Shown here: positions 32,872 to 38,077 of the stretch, one piece after another
Layout of the letters: the number at the start of each line of letters is the position of its first letter
How positions within the stretch are numbered: position 1 is the stretch's first letter
Virus record (IMG/VR): IMGVR_UViG_3300020059_000004
Coordinates: 1-38,077 of that record
Strand: one strand, 5' to 3'
Length of the DNA stretch: 38,077 bases
Source of the DNA: a virus
Taxonomy: Duplodnaviria > Caudoviricetes
The notes under the pieces: model-generated
Database searches by the model: none
What the model was told of the DNA's origin: nothing
The model's input: only the letters and a program-made list of their open reading frames with translations
Position numbers and translations under genes: made by a program

Positions 32872-35189
32872 TATGAAAGCCTCGCGTTTGTAGGTTGCGT
32901 ATAAAGAACCATTCCTTGAAGTTCGAAATCAGAGAACGCAATTGATGGATTCACCATCTGATTAGGATTCAGATATATAGAGAATTGAACAAATTGACCT
33001 TGGCACTGAAAATACAAAGGATGCCAAAGTAGTGTCTGATATGCTTCAAGGGGTACCGTTGCATAAGGTGTAGTTTCTAAAACAGAATTACCCATAATAG
33101 CACCACTTTGAACACCATCTGCAATCATCGATACATTTGATGATGAGGGAAAATAGTCTACGGTTATTTGACCAAAAGTTGTTGATCCAACACCAAAATC
33201 TACGCGCTGAATATATACATTGCGATCTTGATCCACATATGGATTGAATTGCTTAGTGGTTATTTGAATATTGGACACGCGAGCCACCGTTCCACCCCCA
33301 AGATATGTACCTGCCGTTAATCCACCAAAAGTATTAACCGTAATGGTATTTGCATCCACCACTGAAAATACAGGGAATATTGTGTTATTCATGAATGCCA
33401 TTGTTGTTGCATCGGCTACAATATTCTCGAAGTAAATAAAGTCTTGATCTGCGGGAAACTCGGACGGTGTTGCACTGAGATTATGATTGTATATTTTAAG
33501 AGTAACTATTCCCGTGACCGCAAAGGACATATTAGTAATATTCATTCCCGCTGCATTACGCGATGAATCATTAGAGAGTCTTAATACATATCCCTGTTGG
33601 TTTCCGCCAATAATTTGCCTTTGATTAGACTGAATTACGCCAAAGTTCCAAGTATAATTAGCTTGCTCCCATGTCTGCGGAACTGTTGATGCCCAGGTAG
33701 TATCCGATTGCTGTTCAAAATATCCCCAAAAAGTAAAACAATCATCAAATAATGCCCATGATTCATTCTTATAGTTGTATATCAATAATTGGTTAGGGAA
33801 TGTTTGTGTGGGTTCTTCTAAATCTGAAACAAACGTCCATATAGCAAGTTCACCGTAATAATCTCGAATACCTACCGTACGCAAATTACCATTAGCTTTA
33901 GATTCAAATTCGAATATCTCGTCAGGTATTTTATCATCAATACGAACCACGTTTGATCCATTACAACCATGAACTCCTGTATTTCCAATAGTCAATACTT
34001 CTTTGTCGAATGGGATGGTTGAGAATGTTGACTGACTACCAAGTTCTGTATTTAATTTATTCCATACAAAAGGCTCTATCTCATAACCCGTATAAGCCAA
34101 TTCCCATGTGGAACGTTCAAAGTAAACTATGAGCCGATCTTTTATAAACTCAGCAGATATAATTTGCTCTTCCGTTGAAGCATCAACGAATGAACTACCG
34201 GCTGCGATATTATTTTGATTAATTACGCCTCCAGAACTATCAAACTGATTTGGTTCATACCAAGCATTACGAGCAAATGGTGAACCGTTAAAACTATATC
34301 GAGCGCGTTGCACATGAGCACTCGTAACTCCAGCACCATCATTTTCAACGGTATTAAGCAAAACTAATCTATTTCTGAAAGGAACTATAATACGAGCTGT
34401 TGAAACAAAAGCACCCGTATGAATTGCACCTCCGGCAGGAAGGAAATAAAATGCATTAGCCCCGGAAGCAGCAGTCCACGTTGTTCCATCAAAATACCAA
34501 ATAGGATCATCTGTAGCACCAGGTGCTGGAACGGTAGCATTGAAGTTAGTAACAAACATCACTACAGTACCAGGAATACCTTGCCAATTTGATGTCCAGA
34601 AATAATTAAGATTACTTCCTTTCCAAACGGCCGTTCCTGATCTTGTCCATGCTCCAGGAGATCCGGTGAATGTATAAGCAAACTCCGTATCGAAAGCATA
34701 GGTGGGATGATTATTGACTGCACCTGATTCATACTGAGTTATTCCCATTACAGGCAAAGATGGATACCAAAATACTGTCACTAATGCGCCACCAGTAAAC
34801 GTAATAGTATTGGGAGTTGCTACGCTATCAATCACCGCTGTTACTCCAACGTTGGTGGATAATGTGGAAACACCAGCCCCTAATTGAAATACTTCAAATG
34901 TATCGGCACCCAAGGAGAATAATTGCCCCAAGGCAAGCTGTGGCGTATGCGCGGCAGTATTGGCAGGCAAAGCAATAGCGGCATTCGTATTGGCGCCTAA
35001 ACTAATACGCAATTGAGATTGTAATGGAGTCGTACCCATCAAGAGAGATCCAAATCTCTTTCTCACACGGCCACGAAATACATATGCATTCTGTAGGTAG
35101 GTGAACGCGTCATCCAAAACTTGCCATGGCTTGGTGTCCGTCTGTAGACCGGTGTTTATGGGAGAAATAAGAAATCTATCAAAGGGCAT
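32871..35189 (-). CDS. Putative tail nozzle/tube (gp10/tubular-B-like) protein
   Basis: 772 aa; LQNAYVFRGRVRKRFG, FRNRLVL, DRLIVYFERSTW beta-propeller-like motifs. Confidence 0.75.
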   Translation of the reverse strand: MPFDRFLISPINTGLQTDTKPWQVLDDAFTYLQNAYVFRGRVRKRFGSLLMGTTPLQSQLRISLGANTNAAIALPANTAAHTPQLALGQLFSLGADTFEVFQLGAGVSTLSTNVGVTAVIDSVATPNTITFTGGALVTVFWYPSLPVMGITQYESGAVNNHPTYAFDTEFAYTFTGSPGAWTRSGTAVWKGSNLNYFWTSNWQGIPGTVVMFVTNFNATVPAPGATDDPIWYFDGTTWTAASGANAFYFLPAGGAIHTGAFVSTARIIVPFRNRLVLLNTVENDGAGVTSAHVQRARYSFNGSPFARNAWYEPNQFDSSGGVINQNNIAAGSSFVDASTEEQIISAEFIKDRLIVYFERSTWELAYTGYEIEPFVWNKLNTELGSQSTFSTIPFDKEVLTIGNTGVHGCNGSNVVRIDDKIPDEIFEFESKANGNLRTVGIRDYYGELAIWTFVSDLEEPTQTFPNQLLIYNYKNESWALFDDCFTFWGYFEQQSDTTWASTVPQTWEQANYTWNFGVIQSNQRQIIGGNQQGYVLRLSNDSSRNAAGMNITNMSFAVTGIVTLKIYNHNLSATPSEFPADQDFIYFENIVADATTMAFMNNTIFPVFSVVDANTITVNTFGGLTAGTYLGGGTVARVSNIQITTKQFNPYVDQDRNVYIQRVDFGVGSTTFGQITVDYFPSSSNVSMIADGVQSGAIMGNSVLETTPYATVPLEAYQTLLWHPLYFQCQGQFVQFSIYLNPNQMVNPSIAFSDFELQGMVLYTQPTNARLS

Positions 35190-35198
35190 TGTATATCC

Positions 35199-35831
35199 TT
35201 ATAGTCCAATTACTGACCATGTAAAATCCGCTGTTCCACCAATTGCCGCACTCGATCTTGCCACAAACTGTAAATTCGTAAATGATTGCAAGAATGGAGT
35301 TGTTGTTATAGTAGCGCCGGCACTAATGCGAGTCAGTTGAGGTGCGCTGGTTTGAGTACTGAATCCAGGGAAGTTTGTTAATTCAGTTCCATAAACAACC
35401 GTAAATACCCCAGGAGCAACCAATGTTGCTCGGCCCCAAGCCATCTTTAATCCTGAAGGCAAATATGTCCATCCATTAGCTGCATTAGTCCCACCAAGTA
35501 TATCAGCAGTCATTGGTATTTGAACTACTCCAAGGCTTGTTGTCTTATTTATATAAAGTTCATTGAATGTTGTTGCGGCATTATTGGCCGAATATAGTCC
35601 CACATTACCCGCAGTGAATGCAGCACCAGCTGGTGGAGTTGCCCCTTGGGGTTGCAGATAAATCCAATTGAATCCCGAAGGTAAGCCAGCCCCAACTCCC
35701 ATATTTATTGATGCGCTTGAAGCATTTGCATTCCCCGCTATAGCGCCAAGGATTACAAAGTTATTGAGTATATTCCCTTGAGATACTGATAGTTGGTCGG
35801 TACTCTGCGGAATGTTTGGTAGAAAAGCCAT
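35199..35831 (-). CDS. Short fibre/needle-like protein with gp53-like C-domain
   Basis: NGWTYLPSGLKMAWG..F....WSVIG. Confidence 0.65.
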   Translation of the reverse strand: MAFLPNIPQSTDQLSVSQGNILNNFVILGAIAGNANASSASINMGVGAGLPSGFNWIYLQPQGATPPAGAAFTAGNVGLYSANNAATTFNELYINKTTSLGVVQIPMTADILGGTNAANGWTYLPSGLKMAWGRATLVAPGVFTVVYGTELTNFPGFSTQTSAPQLTRISAGATITTTPFLQSFTNLQFVARSSAAIGGTADFTWSVIGL

Positions 35832-35840
35832 TGTATCTCC

Positions 35841-37010
35841 TTAAAAGTTATTGCCCCAGCCATTCCAACCATTGCTACCGTTAGAACTTACTTGATCGGT
35901 GTAGATCGTTGCAACTCGGTCATTAGTATATTGAATCAGGGTTCGTCTATTGCATAAATTCATTTGATTTCTGAATTCGGGCATAATCAGTTGCACTGAA
36001 TCCATATCCATACGATCTTCAAATATTTTTTTCGCCGAAAGTAGAGCTATAAACTGCCACCATTCGTTCAATGCAGGCATAGAAGTTGTTTGTAATAATC
36101 GAACTGGATTCTGATATACCTCAAAATTGACTCTGTAAGGTTGATCGGGAATATTTCGTAATACGAATCGATTTGCATAATAAAGTATCGATACGGGGCG
36201 AGCCAATGCTTGTGGAACCGTTTGTGAGTTAATGGGCAAGTTCGCTCCGGGCGCAGTAGTGAAATTAATGGTGTATGCACCCGTCGCGTAGTTTATAACT
36301 CCGGTTCCTGGAGCAAATGGTGCCACAAATGCAATTGTTGGTGGCGATAGTAATGCTGCTTGGTATGCTGCTGAATATGGATCATAAAGGTTACCGACTA
36401 CCGTGGAGTTTCCCGTGGCAGTACTTAGAACAGGAACATCAACAAGAGATAGTCCATTCAAGTTAGTATCAGCAGAATCAAACAGAACTTGTCGTTGCGT
36501 CAATCCAACTCGTTGTTGTAATAACGTTGGAAGCGGAGAATTTTGTGAGTTTATAACACCCGTGAATTGTGCGGTAATTCCATCACCAACTGATCCGATT
36601 GATTGAATCGAGTTAATCTTAGGCCATACTCCAAAGAACTGTTCACGATCTTGCATATATGATACTTCAAACCCCCCGATATAAGCCGGTGGATGAACGG
36701 TTAAATATTTATTCTGAAAGTCATAGAGTGGATTGTTAATGATTGTTGGATTGGTTAACTCATTACCAAAATGGGCCTTGTCAGTAAAATATTCATCCTG
36801 ATAGGGGTTGGTGTAGAAAGTAAACGTTGTACGTAAATTAAACGTTCTTAAATGTTCAGGGAAATCATAAACAACAGAAGTATTAATATAATTATTAAGA
36901 TCATCGGTAGTTAGCTGTGCTTCAGAGGGTGAACGAGTTAAACGTCTTACTTTGGTTTGTATCGCCTCGAGTGTCGTTCCTGGTGCGGCGGTAGGATATG
37001 TTCCTGGCAT
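35841..37010 (-). CDS. Putative head-tail adaptor (tubular-A-like) with inserted domain
   Basis: TL..I..KVRRLT..YIN, PDQPYRV.F..Y, WWQFIA..A.KIF pattern. Confidence 0.7.
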   Translation of the reverse strand: MPGTYPTAAPGTTLEAIQTKVRRLTRSPSEAQLTTDDLNNYINTSVVYDFPEHLRTFNLRTTFTFYTNPYQDEYFTDKAHFGNELTNPTIINNPLYDFQNKYLTVHPPAYIGGFEVSYMQDREQFFGVWPKINSIQSIGSVGDGITAQFTGVINSQNSPLPTLLQQRVGLTQRQVLFDSADTNLNGLSLVDVPVLSTATGNSTVVGNLYDPYSAAYQAALLSPPTIAFVAPFAPGTGVINYATGAYTINFTTAPGANLPINSQTVPQALARPVSILYYANRFVLRNIPDQPYRVNFEVYQNPVRLLQTTSMPALNEWWQFIALLSAKKIFEDRMDMDSVQLIMPEFRNQMNLCNRRTLIQYTNDRVATIYTDQVSSNGSNGWNGWGNNF

Positions 37011-37047
37011 TAGCTCTCCTTAATATTTTTTATTTGAGCTTAACATA

Positions 37048-37407
37048 TCAAAGCTGATTTACTACTGCCGCTTTGAGGGTATCATTTTCTTCTCCAATGG
37101 GTACAGATTGTGGACACACATCTATAAATGGCCCCAATCCCGCAGGAACCACAAAGGGAGCGAATTGAGTAGTGTCTATTGCCACGGTAAATGTCGTTGG
37201 GCTGGTGACAAGAATAGGAGATGTAAGTTGATTAATTTGTTGCATGCCGCAAGCCGGTGGAATATCAAAACGAATAATAGTTCCATCAACATAACCATGA
37301 GCAAAGGTTGTGGTAACGGAGGCGGCAGTATTATTAGTAATCGAGGATATCAGCCGCATTGCTGGGCCAAATACCGGCGTGGGATATGCATAACATTGGT
37401 AATCCAT
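37048..37407 (-). CDS. Stand-alone FCCH-like domain protein
   Basis: ISSITN..SVTT..AHGY.DG.IIRF.IP..GMQQIN..FTVAIDTT.F; similar to domain in 27-1154. Confidence 0.75.
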   Translation of the reverse strand: MDYQCYAYPTPVFGPAMRLISSITNNTAASVTTTFAHGYVDGTIIRFDIPPACGMQQINQLTSPILVTSPTTFTVAIDTTQFAPFVVPAGLGPFIDVCPQSVPIGEENDTLKAAVVNQL

Positions 37408-37423
37408 TTACATCTCCTAAATG

Positions 37424-37837
37424 TTATTTAAGTATTGTTACTGTATCAATATTTGCCGGCTTCAGATCATTCAAATCATCAATATCCATAAAGTCCAATG
37501 GATCAAAGGAGCAACGTCTTTTCTTCTTGGATATCATCGCCACTTGCTTGCCATGTTCATCCATCTTATATGCCGATTCCGGATACCAACAGTTGTTTGA
37601 TAAATGATGAGCCACTCCTCTAGGAATAGTATATATTTCACCATCATTCAATGAGAATGTTTCTATTTCATCTTCACGGTATTTACGGAAAGAGAATGAC
37701 AAATTCCCTCCTGGTACTTCATAAAATCTGAATATACCGCGTACCATTTCTCTATCTCTATCTCTTTGATATTTCAGGTCTTTCCCTTTTACTGGGAGAT
37801 TACTCTTTATTTCTTTTTTAACTTCGGCTAATGCCAT
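37424..37837 (-). CDS. Hypothetical phage protein (head-morphogenesis region)
   Basis: AAAGGA SD; V.GIF...E.PGG, L.DGE.YTIP.GVA.HL. Confidence 0.75.
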   Translation of the reverse strand: MALAEVKKEIKSNLPVKGKDLKYQRDRDREMVRGIFRFYEVPGGNLSFSFRKYREDEIETFSLNDGEIYTIPRGVAHHLSNNCWYPESAYKMDEHGKQVAMISKKKRRCSFDPLDFMDIDDLNDLKPANIDTVTILK

Positions 37838-37916
37838 AGTATTCCTTTGTTAATTGTCGCACCGGTGGGCGACTAATTGAAGCGTCGACAAGTTGTCGAC
37901 AGTTTGGAGACAACTC

Positions 37917-37944
37917 AAAAAGGAGGGGAAGATTTTCCCCCTCC
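37917..37944 (-). terminator. Rho-independent terminator of the MCP operon (across the junction)
   Basis: GGAGGGG..CCCCTCC then TTTTT on minus strand, just downstream of the 27-1154 gene in the circle. Confidence 0.8.
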
Positions 37945-38077
37945 CATATCACGTATATTTCAAAGACTGTTAAAGTCCGCCAAAGCTCGACTTACCGGCA
38001 ACCCAATACACTACGTCACCAGCAGTTGTACCAGCAGGGCCGGATATCGCTAGAGCACCAGCAACAGTACCAACGCC
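37944..38077. repeat. Terminal direct repeat, right copy
   Basis: Matches 1-134 with one mismatch. Confidence 0.95.

Overview
Apparently complete, circularly assembled genome (~37.9 kb; 134-bp end overlap) of a podovirus-like tailed phage. It encodes TerS/TerL, portal, scaffold, an N4-gp56-type major capsid protein, adaptor/nozzle, three ejection proteins, a cluster of tail fibres (one with a peptidase-S74 chaperone), RusA, a putative replication initiator pair and two ERF recombinases. I found no recognisable integrase, DNA polymerase or lysis genes. The most notable feature, missed by the ORF track, is that both the major capsid gene and the portal gene are split near their 5' ends by small (228 and 222 nt), related, ORF-less group I introns with hand-identifiable P1/P3/P7/P8/P9 pairings, and that a free-standing HNH endonuclease gene lies immediately upstream of each split gene (candidate double 'collaborative homing' arrangement). 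Other oddities: an accessory protein carrying a copy of a capsid motif, a duplicated RusA C-terminus, a secreted GG-motif protein plus small membrane protein cassette, an immI-like RHH cassette, and several structured leaders. Host is unknown; all family calls are by motif recognition, not database search.
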